Assembly: GCA_052390235.1 (NCBI GenBank)
Contig: JBQTHB010000002.1
Span: forward strand, 509,722-573,721
Direction of reading: 5' to 3'
Origin: Deltaproteobacteria bacterium
GTDB lineage: Bacteria; Desulfobacterota_D; UBA1144; Nemesobacterales; CSP1-2
Length of the DNA stretch: 64,000 nt
The notes under the pieces are model-generated. The model was given only the letters and a program-made list of their open reading frames with translations, did not search any database and had not been told where the DNA came from. Made by a program: the position numbers and the translations under genes. This document shows positions 11,029-19,815 of this stretch, piece by piece. How positions within the stretch are numbered: the stretch's first letter is position 1; every line of letters begins with the position of its first letter.

Positions 11029-11134
11029 CAACCGAGCCGCCCTCGTCGCCTCGCTTCCACTCAAACTCCGCATCGAGCGCGCTAAGTTCGCTGTCTTCGA
11101 TAACCCACTCATCGAAGACGGAATCCAGCCTCAT
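10979..11134 (-). CDS. Possible small acidic protein (51 aa, MRLDSVFDEWVIED...)
   Basis: GGAG SD 5 nt before ATG at 11134; fills an otherwise empty gap; 3' end overlaps the convergent ORF. Confidence 0.35.
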   Translation of the reverse strand: MRLDSVFDEWVIEDSELSALDAEFEWKRGDEGGSVVISSSFSLFSPPSPPR

Positions 11135-11231
11135 CGAGACTCCGCTGAAGGAGTGAATAAATGCTCTTCCAAATAGGCTAAGGTTATACTTGATATTGGT
11201 TTTTTTAGGTTGTAACCTGATACGAGGGGAC

Positions 11232-13829
11232 ATGAAACTAACACAGAGATTGCTTTCTCGGCGCGCGCCGTCAATTTGGATTTTAGCCGCATCGGTGGCG
11301 GTTTTCTGCCTTATGCTCTCTCCTTTTGCCGTCTATTGGTATTTCTCCCACGATTTGCCAGACCTCACAAATGTAACCGGCTACAGTCCGGCTTTGATGA
11401 CTGAGGTATATGCAATTGACGGCTCTGTAGTAGCCGAATTTGGCGCGGAGAGACGTAAATTAATCCCTCTTAAGGAAATTCCCCCTCATGTCCTAAATGC
11501 CTTTATAGCGATTGAAGATAAGAGATTTTTTGAACATAAGGGGGTTGATTACAGGAGCATATTCGCCGCCCTCGTGCAGAACATCCGAGAGGGAGAGATT
11601 ATTAGAGGCGGAAGCACTATCACTCAGCAGGTGGCTAAAAACCTAGTGCTATCGCCAGAGAAGAGTCTCTCGCGCAAGATTAAAGAGGCCCTCCTTGCCG
11701 AGCGGATGGAGCAGAACCTATCCAAGGATGAGATTCTCTATATTTATCTCAACCACATATACCTTGCCGATGGCAACTACGGAATCGAGGCCGCAAGCAG
11801 GGGCTACTTCGGCAAGTCCTCAAGGGATATTAATCTCGCCGAAGCCGCTTTGCTAGCCGGTCTCCCGCGCTCTCCTGAGTATTACTCGCCGAGAAAAAAT
11901 CTCCAACGAGCCGAGGATAGGCAAAAATTAGTCCTCCAGAAAATGCAGGAAGCAAAACTCATAACCGAGACTCGCAGAAAAGAAGCAGAAGCCTATCAAA
12001 TCTCCATAGTTCCCAAAAGGGGCTTCAACCCCGACCACGCGTCCTACTACGTGGAATTTGTCAGGCAGTATCTGGAAAATAAATTCGGCACTAAGTCCTT
12101 TCTCGAGGGCGGATATACCGTGTTTACCTCTCTGGATGTTGACCTCAGCCAAGCCGCCGCCAGAGCCGTAAGGGCTGGGGTGCTTGAGCTAGACGCTAGG
12201 CAGGGCAGAGGGGGGGGGATAGTTAAGCGTCTCGGTTCGGCCGCCGATATAGCTAAATTCAGGGCGTCCCAAAAAATTAGCGGTATTGAAGGGCTAGAAA
12301 AGGGAAAATCCTACGATGCCGTGGTGCTGGAAGTGAGCAAGGATGCGTCCGAGGGGGTGTTTATCGCCAAAGCCGGATTGGGGGAGCTAGAGGCTAGGTT
12401 TAGATTCTCTCTGGGTTTAGCCAAGGAATCGCCCGCCAAAAAGAAGCCGTTTCTAGAATCAAAAGGGCTAAGCGGCGTGGACGGCGTGCATCTGACAAAC
12501 CGCAGTCCCAGAGTGGGCGATGTGATTAAAATTAAGATCCTCGGCGATAGGGGCGGCGAGCTATCTATCGCCCCAGAATTTGCGCCCGGTTTTCAGGCGG
12601 CTCTCCTGGCGATGGATACGGAGGGATATGTAAAAGCCATGGCAGGCGGATTTGATTTTGCCGCCTCTCAGTTTAACCGCGCCGTTCAGGCCAAAAGACA
12701 GCCCGGCTCCTCATTTAAGCCGATTCTCTTTGCCGCCGCTCTTGACAAGGGTTACACCGAGACCACGACGGTCTATGACGCTCCAGTTGTTATCAGGGAC
12801 TGGAATCCACAAAACTACGATGGCAATTATCTGGGAGCTATTACGCTCAGAGAGGCTCTGGCAAAATCTAGGAATCTGGCAAGCGTCAGGATTATAATGG
12901 ACATTGACCCGAGCTATGTCGTTGATTATGCGGGGAAATTTGAATTTACCTCGAGATTGAACCCCTATCCCTCGCTCGCCCTCGGAGGGGCGGAGGTTAC
13001 GGTGCTGGAGATGGTCAAGGCGTTCAATGTTTTCGCTTCCGGCGGCAAGATGGTCGAGCCTAAATTTATTCTGCGCATTTATGATAGAAACGGGGATATT
13101 ATCGAGGACAACACGAGAGGGTCTGGAGCGCTCAGCGAACTGTCCAGAAAGGTCGAGCGGGAGGGCAAGAGGCTTCAGATTATAAAGCAAATCGCCAGGA
13201 CCCTTGGCAGAGAGGATACAAATCATCCCGATGAGACCGAGTCCGCCCCACGCGTCGCTCAAGATGCAACAGAGCGGGAATCTTCCATGTCGGAATTCCT
13301 AGACCAACTCAAGAGCAATTCCATGCAATTCTCGGATAAATCCGCCGAGCAGGTAATTAGCCCCGAAACCGCTTATATTATGACAGACCTCATGCAGGCG
13401 GTTATTAAAGAAGGCACGGGGAGGGCCGCCCTTTCTCTTAGCTCGCAGGCTCCGGTAGCCGGAAAAACTGGAACTACCAACGATTTTGCCGACGCCTGGT
13501 TTGTGGGCTATAGCCCGCGGATAGTTGCCGGCGTATGGGTGGGCAAGGACAACCATCAGCCCATCGGAAGGGGCGAAGTGGGAGGAAAAGCCGCTCTGCC
13601 CATTTGGGTAGCTTTTATGCGGGACGCGCTTGCCAAATTCCCCGGAGGCGAGTTTATATCGCCCGCCGGCATTAGAACTGTTGCCACTCCCTACGGCTCG
13701 ATTCCCTATAAAGTTGACTCTTACGGAAATGCCGATGGGGCAGAACAGTTTGACAATGTCCCCGAATACGAATCGCCGCTGGGAGACTCCGATGAGGGGA
13801 GTGAGATTGATTTTCTCATAAGACGCTGA
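11232..13829 (+). CDS. mrcA: Class A penicillin-binding protein 1A (transglycosylase/transpeptidase)
   Basis: EDKRFFEH, GGSTITQQ, RQPGSSFKP, SRN, KTGT; start moved to ATG 11232 (SD GAGGGG; TTGATA-N17-TAACCT upstream). Confidence 0.95.
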   Translation: MKLTQRLLSRRAPSIWILAASVAVFCLMLSPFAVYWYFSHDLPDLTNVTGYSPALMTEVYAIDGSVVAEFGAERRKLIPLKEIPPHVLNAFIAIEDKRFFEHKGVDYRSIFAALVQNIREGEIIRGGSTITQQVAKNLVLSPEKSLSRKIKEALLAERMEQNLSKDEILYIYLNHIYLADGNYGIEAASRGYFGKSSRDINLAEAALLAGLPRSPEYYSPRKNLQRAEDRQKLVLQKMQEAKLITETRRKEAEAYQISIVPKRGFNPDHASYYVEFVRQYLENKFGTKSFLEGGYTVFTSLDVDLSQAAARAVRAGVLELDARQGRGGGIVKRLGSAADIAKFRASQKISGIEGLEKGKSYDAVVLEVSKDASEGVFIAKAGLGELEARFRFSLGLAKESPAKKKPFLESKGLSGVDGVHLTNRSPRVGDVIKIKILGDRGGELSIAPEFAPGFQAALLAMDTEGYVKAMAGGFDFAASQFNRAVQAKRQPGSSFKPILFAAALDKGYTETTTVYDAPVVIRDWNPQNYDGNYLGAITLREALAKSRNLASVRIIMDIDPSYVVDYAGKFEFTSRLNPYPSLALGGAEVTVLEMVKAFNVFASGGKMVEPKFILRIYDRNGDIIEDNTRGSGALSELSRKVEREGKRLQIIKQIARTLGREDTNHPDETESAPRVAQDATERESSMSEFLDQLKSNSMQFSDKSAEQVISPETAYIMTDLMQAVIKEGTGRAALSLSSQAPVAGKTGTTNDFADAWFVGYSPRIVAGVWVGKDNHQPIGRGEVGGKAALPIWVAFMRDALAKFPGGEFISPAGIRTVATPYGSIPYKVDSYGNADGAEQFDNVPEYESPLGDSDEGSEIDFLIRR

Positions 13830-13855
13830 AATGGCAAGACCCCCAGCGCCGCGCT

Positions 13856-14389
13856 CTAGTCCAAGCTGGCTGAGTTTCTTAGGGCTTCGTATTTTTTTCT
13901 GCCTATCCCGCGCACGTCCATTAGTTCTTCGAGGCTCTTAAAAATGCCGTTTGCCTCTCTGTATTCAATAATCCGCCTCGCAAGCGATGGGCCTATCCCC
14001 GGGAGCGCTTCGAGTTCTCCCGCCGCCGCGGAATTTATCCCGATTTTTCCACCGAGCGCGATGGTTTTTTCCCCTTCCATCCTTGAGCGCTCAATTTTGC
14101 CCCCCTCTGCGACGGTTAGACGGTCTCCGCTCCTGAATACCTTTTGTGTAAGCGGGTCTGACTTGCCGGAGGGTTTTATATCTTCCACTGGCACAACGAC
14201 GGGGAACGCGCCATTATCAGATATTTCAACATAGACGCCGCTTTCTGATGTAGGCGGACTGGGGGGATTATCCAAACGGCTTTTCATGATGAATATGCCG
14301 AGGCACACCAGAGCCAAGCCGAGAACCGGGTTTCCCATCAGGGGCTTGAGGAGATTATTGGATTTGATATTGCTCTTAGAATGTCCCAC
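13856..14389 (-). CDS. comEA: ComEA-family helix-hairpin-helix DNA-binding protein
   Basis: N-terminal TM; INSA...LPGIGPSLARRIIEYR...F.S.EEL..V.GIG. Confidence 0.85.
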   Translation of the reverse strand: MGHSKSNIKSNNLLKPLMGNPVLGLALVCLGIFIMKSRLDNPPSPPTSESGVYVEISDNGAFPVVVPVEDIKPSGKSDPLTQKVFRSGDRLTVAEGGKIERSRMEGEKTIALGGKIGINSAAAGELEALPGIGPSLARRIIEYREANGIFKSLEELMDVRGIGRKKYEALRNSASLD

Positions 14390-15167
14390 TCACCAAGCCG
14401 CCATCAACTTGAATTGTCGCGCCCGTTATATAGCTCGCCCGCTCAGAGGCTAGAAATAGCACCATTCCCGCAAACTCCTCAGGCGAGCCTATTCTCCTAG
14501 CCGGCACATCCGCCTCCATTGCTCTTAGAACCTCCTCGAGGCTCACTCCCTCGCGCACTGCCCTTTGCTCCGCCAATTGAATGATTCTGTCGGTGAGTAT
14601 TCTGCCCGGACAGACGTTATTTACGAGGACATTGAACCTGGCGAATTCATTTGACACGGTTTTGGCGAATCCCACTACGGCGGCCCTTGAGGCATTTGAG
14701 AGAATTAAGCCGGCGAGCGGCTGTTTTGCGGAGATGGAGGTTATATTTACAATGCGCCCCCACCTCTGCTCTTTCATCATTGGAACGACGGCTTTTGTGA
14801 AATTCACCGCGCTGAGGAGGTTCAGTTCGATGGCATATCGCCAGTCGTCGAGGGTAAGGCTCAGGAAATCCCCAGGCGCAGGCCCTCCGGCGTTGTTCAC
14901 AAGCACATGTACCCCTCCGAACGCGCTCAGGGTTTCGGAAACCACGCGATTTACATCTGCGTTGTTTGATACATCGGCGGGGATGGGCAGAACCTCGGCT
15001 CCGGTTTTATCCCTTATTTCCTCAGCCGCTCTTATTAGGGATTCTTCGCCGCGGGCGCACATCACGACTCTAGCCCCCTCTTCGGCAAACCCCAGGGCGA
15101 CGGCTTTGCCCAGCCCCCTGCTCGATGCCGATACGATGGCTACTCTGCCCCTCAGTCCTAGATTCAC
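14376..15167 (-). CDS. Short-chain dehydrogenase/reductase (3-oxoacyl-ACP reductase-like)
   Basis: ASSRGLG, VNNAGGP, SNASR in place of YxxxK, YITG..IQVDGG. Confidence 0.9.
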   Translation of the reverse strand: MNLGLRGRVAIVSASSRGLGKAVALGFAEEGARVVMCARGEESLIRAAEEIRDKTGAEVLPIPADVSNNADVNRVVSETLSAFGGVHVLVNNAGGPAPGDFLSLTLDDWRYAIELNLLSAVNFTKAVVPMMKEQRWGRIVNITSISAKQPLAGLILSNASRAAVVGFAKTVSNEFARFNVLVNNVCPGRILTDRIIQLAEQRAVREGVSLEEVLRAMEADVPARRIGSPEEFAGMVLFLASERASYITGATIQVDGGLVSGTF

Positions 15168-15275
15168 GTTGAACGCTCGAAAATGCCGTGGTACCCGCGA
15201 TTTTCTCTTCCTAATAGCGCCACTCTCCGTCTCTAACCATTGAAGCTGACGGTGCGAGAAGAGAGGTGGGTGGCA

Positions 15276-15626
15276 TCAGTCCTTGGCGGCGCTTTTGGAC
15301 ATATTTGCCATGCCGGATTTTTTTATTTTCTTTGGGTCTGTGGTTATCGGCTCAGCGCTTGCGGCAGTGGCGCTAGCCGAATCCTTTGCCGAATCCGAAG
15401 ACAGCGCGGGGTTATCCTGCTCAGCAGCTTTGGGGGGGATGCCTGGGCCCTTTGCGTAGTCAGTGGAGTACCAACCGTGTCCCGTGAGCTGAAACGACGA
15501 TAGGGATATGATTCTGTGGAGTTTGCCTTTGCAGGATTTGCACTTTTTGAGGGGTTTGTCGTTAAACCTCTGAAGCTCTTCGGTTATCTGTCCGCATTGC
15601 TCGCATTCATATTCGTAAATTGGCAT
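15276..15626 (-). CDS. FmdB-family zinc-ribbon regulatory protein
   Basis: MPIYEYECxxC...CxxC...GxGWYSTDY; start at ATG 15626 behind SD AAGGAG. Confidence 0.88.
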   Translation of the reverse strand: MPIYEYECEQCGQITEELQRFNDKPLKKCKSCKGKLHRIISLSSFQLTGHGWYSTDYAKGPGIPPKAAEQDNPALSSDSAKDSASATAASAEPITTDPKKIKKSGMANMSKSAAKD

Positions 15627-15706
15627 GGATTCTAACTCCTTAGACGCTGAGTCGCGCAAATTTGGTTTAATATAATCTATAAATCCCCATTATCAAGCCG
15701 ACTGTT

Positions 15707-17125
15707 CTACTGAGCCTCTGGCGACCCCTCTCCCCCCGGCGCAAACACGGGGACTCTCGTCGGAAATCCCGGATCAAAGGGCGCGTTTGAGCGGTTCAGA
15801 GGCGTTGCCGGATTAGGCGATTTAACCTCGCCGAGGGACTGGAATGGCAGTCCCGCGAGGCGTCCCGTGGCGTAGCGCAAGGTGACAAATCCGATGTTCT
15901 CGCTGAACTCGAATATAGCTTCATCGGAAAATCTCCTCAGGTGAGAATAATCCGCCGAAATGAACCATCGCGGGGATATTTGATACGTTAACACGCCACC
16001 GAGGCGGATTTCTTCATCCTGGCGGTCGAAGAAATCAAACACTCCAGCAAACCCCCTCAGCGACCCGAACAGATTCCCTGAGATTTGCTTGTTCAGCGCT
16101 CCGTTGACTCCGTAGCGGTTTTCGTTTTCAATCTGGGACTCTTTAAAATCGCGTCTCTCGTAGTAGGCGGATAGGCTAGAATTTATATCTCTAGTAAAAC
16201 GTCTGGTTATAAGAGCGGTAACTCTATCGAATATAAAGGGGTCGCCGAGGTCAACGTCGGTGCTGAATCTTCTGGAGTAGGTCAGAGACCCCGAAGAAAC
16301 CCTTGAGAATATGCGGGTTATTCCTGCCTGCGCAATGATGCCTTGAGCGCTGGTGTCCGTGTCCAGAAGGTCAACCCTCTCGTACCCTGCGCCGGCGTAT
16401 AGGCTCGTCAATGGATTTGCGAGGTAGGTTAGGGTGAGAGTTGCGCCCTCATTTACGCGGTCTTGAAAGTCGGAGGACTGTCTATAGTTGGCAAACAGCT
16501 GAAGGGCGGCGGCGAGCTTGGGGTTGGCGAATCTGTGATTTAAGCTCTGAGCGATGCCGAAGTCGGTGGAATCTTCCCTTTCGCCGGAAATTGAATCCGT
16601 TCGCGTTACGTTAAGCACTGTGGTCAGGGTGTTGTTATTATTTATCAAATAGGTGAACGAAGGGGTAACGAGCAGGGTGTTAACCGTCGTGAGATTGTTG
16701 ATAGCGGTGGTGCCTCGTAGGAATTCGGGTTGTTGCTGGAGGATGTCCTGGATGACTATGGAGAAGGTCGCTTTGCTGGAAATTGGATTTAGATAGGCGA
16801 AATAGGCGTCGAGGTCGTTTACGAAGCGCACGCGCTCGGTAAGGGGAAAATACTCGATAAAGGCATTGTAGGTTAAATCGAGCTCATAGTTTCTGCTGAC
16901 GCCCCCGATGCCTATGGAGATTCCAGAGTCTAGGATGAAGTCCCTATTTTCTTCGCCATCGGGTTCTTGGAATATGTTATCGCTCGCCCCGAGGCTTGCC
17001 GAAGCTGAAAATGTGCGAAATCCGATGGGAGCGCCAAGGGCGGAGTGCGTGAGGAATAGGGCGCAAAAAATAAAAGCTATACTTGATAATAAAATCGGGT
17101 GGGTTAAATTGTGTCTTATACTCAT
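15707..17125 (-). CDS. Outer-membrane beta-barrel associated with polysaccharide export / PEP-CTERM locus
   Basis: Signal peptide, SDNIF N-terminal motif, many amphipathic strands, EN..FVTLRY terminal strand; divergent from prsT. Confidence 0.8.
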   Translation of the reverse strand: MSIRHNLTHPILLSSIAFIFCALFLTHSALGAPIGFRTFSASASLGASDNIFQEPDGEENRDFILDSGISIGIGGVSRNYELDLTYNAFIEYFPLTERVRFVNDLDAYFAYLNPISSKATFSIVIQDILQQQPEFLRGTTAINNLTTVNTLLVTPSFTYLINNNNTLTTVLNVTRTDSISGEREDSTDFGIAQSLNHRFANPKLAAALQLFANYRQSSDFQDRVNEGATLTLTYLANPLTSLYAGAGYERVDLLDTDTSAQGIIAQAGITRIFSRVSSGSLTYSRRFSTDVDLGDPFIFDRVTALITRRFTRDINSSLSAYYERRDFKESQIENENRYGVNGALNKQISGNLFGSLRGFAGVFDFFDRQDEEIRLGGVLTYQISPRWFISADYSHLRRFSDEAIFEFSENIGFVTLRYATGRLAGLPFQSLGEVKSPNPATPLNRSNAPFDPGFPTRVPVFAPGGEGSPEAQ

Positions 17126-17133
17126 AAAAGCAG

Positions 17134-17162
17134 ATTATAAATTTAAGTTTATCGGGAATCAA
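17134..17162 (-). promoter_or_regulatory. sigma70 promoter of the beta-barrel gene
   Basis: Minus strand TTGATT-N17-TATAAT, 8 nt before the ATG. Confidence 0.7.
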
Positions 17163-17207
17163 GATATAATTTGCTATCTACACAAACCCGCGCACGGAGG
17201 CGTTTAC

Positions 17208-19754
17208 ATGAGAATTTTTCTGGCGGCTGTTCTCTTTTCAGTTTCGCTTTTAATCGGCTCTTGCGATAGAGGCTCGCACGCTGAAAAGGGGGAGTATTAT
17301 CTGGAGCAGGGGGAGTTTAAATCCGCCGTAATAGAGTTCAAAAAAGAAATCCAGAAAAATCCAAGCTCCGCCCCCGCGCGCCTCGCCTTGGCTAGGGCTT
17401 ACTTCCAAAACGGCGATATCACTTACGCAATTCAAGAACTCAAACGGAGCATCGAATTTGACCCGAGCCTCACTGAAGCCCGCGCCCTGCTCGCAAAAAG
17501 CTACCTTGCCTTCGGCGATATTGACAACGCGCTCAAAGAGGCTGAAACGTATCTTCAGAAGAGCCCTCAAGACGCCGATATTTTAATCGCCAAAGCCCGC
17601 GCCCTCGCCGCGTTAAACCGATTAGCTGAAGCCAGAGGGATTGTTGATGGAGTAATCGCCGCGCGCGTCGACTTTGCCCCGGCTTACGTTGCCTTGGGGC
17701 AGATTTTATACATCCAAAACGACAAACCAGCGGCTGAGAAGGCTTTTTTCAAAGCCGTAGAGATTGACCCCGAAAACGCGGATTCTCAAGTCGCCCTGGG
17801 AGATTACTACCGAACCGCCGCGCTGACGGATAAATCCATTGCGGCGTATGAAAAAGCCCTCGAGATTCAGCCCAAAAGTCTGGTTGCCCTAATTAACTTG
17901 GGGGGCGCTTATAATGCTGCAAAAAAGCCCGAAAAAGCCATTGAAATCGGACTGAGAGTGCTAAAGCGCTTCAAAGGACTGCCTCAGGGGCATTACATCG
18001 TGGGAGGGGCTTACTTTATTCAAGGCAATATTGACCTCGCAGTGCCGGAACTCGAAAAAGCCGGCGAAGTTGCTCCCGCCAATTATCTGCTCGCCCTTGC
18101 CTATGCAAAAAAGGAGCAGAACACCCTTACCATTGAAAAAGCCAAGAAGGCAATTTCCCAAGACCAGAAATTCGTCGAGCCTTACGTGCTTCTCGGGCGG
18201 ATTTACCTCCAAGGCGGGTTCACCGAAGACGCCGTTTCGATTCTTGAAAAGGCTCTTGCCCTTAGCGCATCGCCCAATTCTGATGTGCTAAATCTGCTCG
18301 GAGTCGCCTACGCGAGGACCCAAAACGTTGATAAAGCCCTCCAGACCTTCCGCGAGTCTATTAACGCCGAGCCTGGGCAGGCTCAAACCTATGCCTATCT
18401 TGCATCGCTCTACACCTCGGTCGGCGAGCAGGAGAAATCTCTGAGGGTTTTTGAGGAGTTCTCAACTAAATTTGAGGATCAGGAAGGAGCCGATATTCCC
18501 CTTATCCTCAACTATATTAAAATAGGCAGAATTGAGCAAGCAATAGAACTGTGCAATAAGAACCTCGCAAAAGACCCGAAGAACTATCTCTACACTAACC
18601 TCCTCGGCGTGGCGTATTTAAAAAAAGGAGACCTCGCCGCCGCGAAAGCGACTTTTTCCAAAGCCGTAGAGATTGATCCTAAAAAAACTGATGCCTATCT
18701 AAACCTCGCCCACATAGCTAAAATTGAAGGCAACAACGACGAAATCATAGCCCTCTGCCAAAAAACCCTCGAAAAAGACCCAAAAAACGTCGTCGCCCTC
18801 AGGGCGTTAATCGAAGCCAATATCGCCAAGGGGGGGCGGGAACAGGCAATAGCGAAGCTCGAAGAGATGATATCCGAGAAACCCAAGGATTTAATGCTCA
18901 ATGTCGCCGCCGGCGAGCTTTATCTCTCGGCGAATAACCCCCAGAAAGCCGAGGAATACGCCAAGCGCGCCATAGAAATAGACCCCGCCAACGGGGGCGG
19001 ACACGCCATCCTGGGGCTAAGCTATTTCAGCCAAGGTGGTAAAATAGAACAAGCCGAGGCGTCGCTAAAGCGGGCAACGGAGCTTACGCCTGATAATTTC
19101 CTATTCCGCTTCAGGCTTGGGCAGGCGCTGGCGGCAGGGAATAAACCCGACGCCGCTGTGGCTGAATTTAAGAGAACCCTAGAGCTAAATCCATCGTTCG
19201 TGCAGGCGGAACTCGCGCTGTCTCAACTCTATACGACTTCCCAGAAATATTACGACGCAATAGACCTGCTAACTAAAGTTAAAACTAAATCCCCCGATAA
19301 CACGCTGGTTGATTTTATGCTCGGAGTGGCTTATCAAGGGGCAGGCGACAATAAAAACGCGGCGCTGACTTATAGGGAATATCTCAAAATCAAGCCCCAG
19401 GACGCCGCCGCGCTGAATAATATGGCATGGGTGCTTGGGCAGAGCGGCCAGCATGAAGAAGCCCTCTCTTTTGCCACAAAAGCCCTTGCCATCGTCCCCA
19501 ACAACGCGCTTGTGATTGACACCATGGGCTGGGTTTTGTATCTGAGCGGAAAACGGCAGGAAGCCCTATCCCACCTTGAAAAAGCGGCGTCTCTGCTACC
19601 CGACCAGCCCACGATTCGTTATCACTTGGGGACGGCGCATTTTAGTCTGGGCAACAGGGATAAGGCAAAGCGGGAACTCGAGCAAGCGCTTCAGATTTCG
19701 CCCTCTTTCCCAGAGGCGGCTGATGCTAGAAAGCTACTCGATCAGTTTAATTGA
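17208..19754 (+). CDS. prsT: PEP-CTERM system TPR-repeat lipoprotein PrsT
   Basis: Start ATG 17208 (SD GGAGG); lipobox LIGS-C; TPR repeats throughout; ALNNMAW, DTMGWVLY, IRYHLG, FPEA C-terminal motifs. Confidence 0.88.
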   Translation: MRIFLAAVLFSVSLLIGSCDRGSHAEKGEYYLEQGEFKSAVIEFKKEIQKNPSSAPARLALARAYFQNGDITYAIQELKRSIEFDPSLTEARALLAKSYLAFGDIDNALKEAETYLQKSPQDADILIAKARALAALNRLAEARGIVDGVIAARVDFAPAYVALGQILYIQNDKPAAEKAFFKAVEIDPENADSQVALGDYYRTAALTDKSIAAYEKALEIQPKSLVALINLGGAYNAAKKPEKAIEIGLRVLKRFKGLPQGHYIVGGAYFIQGNIDLAVPELEKAGEVAPANYLLALAYAKKEQNTLTIEKAKKAISQDQKFVEPYVLLGRIYLQGGFTEDAVSILEKALALSASPNSDVLNLLGVAYARTQNVDKALQTFRESINAEPGQAQTYAYLASLYTSVGEQEKSLRVFEEFSTKFEDQEGADIPLILNYIKIGRIEQAIELCNKNLAKDPKNYLYTNLLGVAYLKKGDLAAAKATFSKAVEIDPKKTDAYLNLAHIAKIEGNNDEIIALCQKTLEKDPKNVVALRALIEANIAKGGREQAIAKLEEMISEKPKDLMLNVAAGELYLSANNPQKAEEYAKRAIEIDPANGGGHAILGLSYFSQGGKIEQAEASLKRATELTPDNFLFRFRLGQALAAGNKPDAAVAEFKRTLELNPSFVQAELALSQLYTTSQKYYDAIDLLTKVKTKSPDNTLVDFMLGVAYQGAGDNKNAALTYREYLKIKPQDAAALNNMAWVLGQSGQHEEALSFATKALAIVPNNALVIDTMGWVLYLSGKRQEALSHLEKAASLLPDQPTIRYHLGTAHFSLGNRDKAKRELEQALQISPSFPEAADARKLLDQFN

Positions 19755-19815
19755 TTTTCGCTGTGATATTGAAATTTCGGCTCGGCGCAGGAGCCGCCCT
19801 TGGAGGATATAAAAC

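Noticed and set aside
16908..17207. 100-aa N-terminal extension of the TPR protein in the ORF track
   Set aside because: It overlaps the divergent barrel gene and its promoter; the SD and lipoprotein signal begin at ATG 17208
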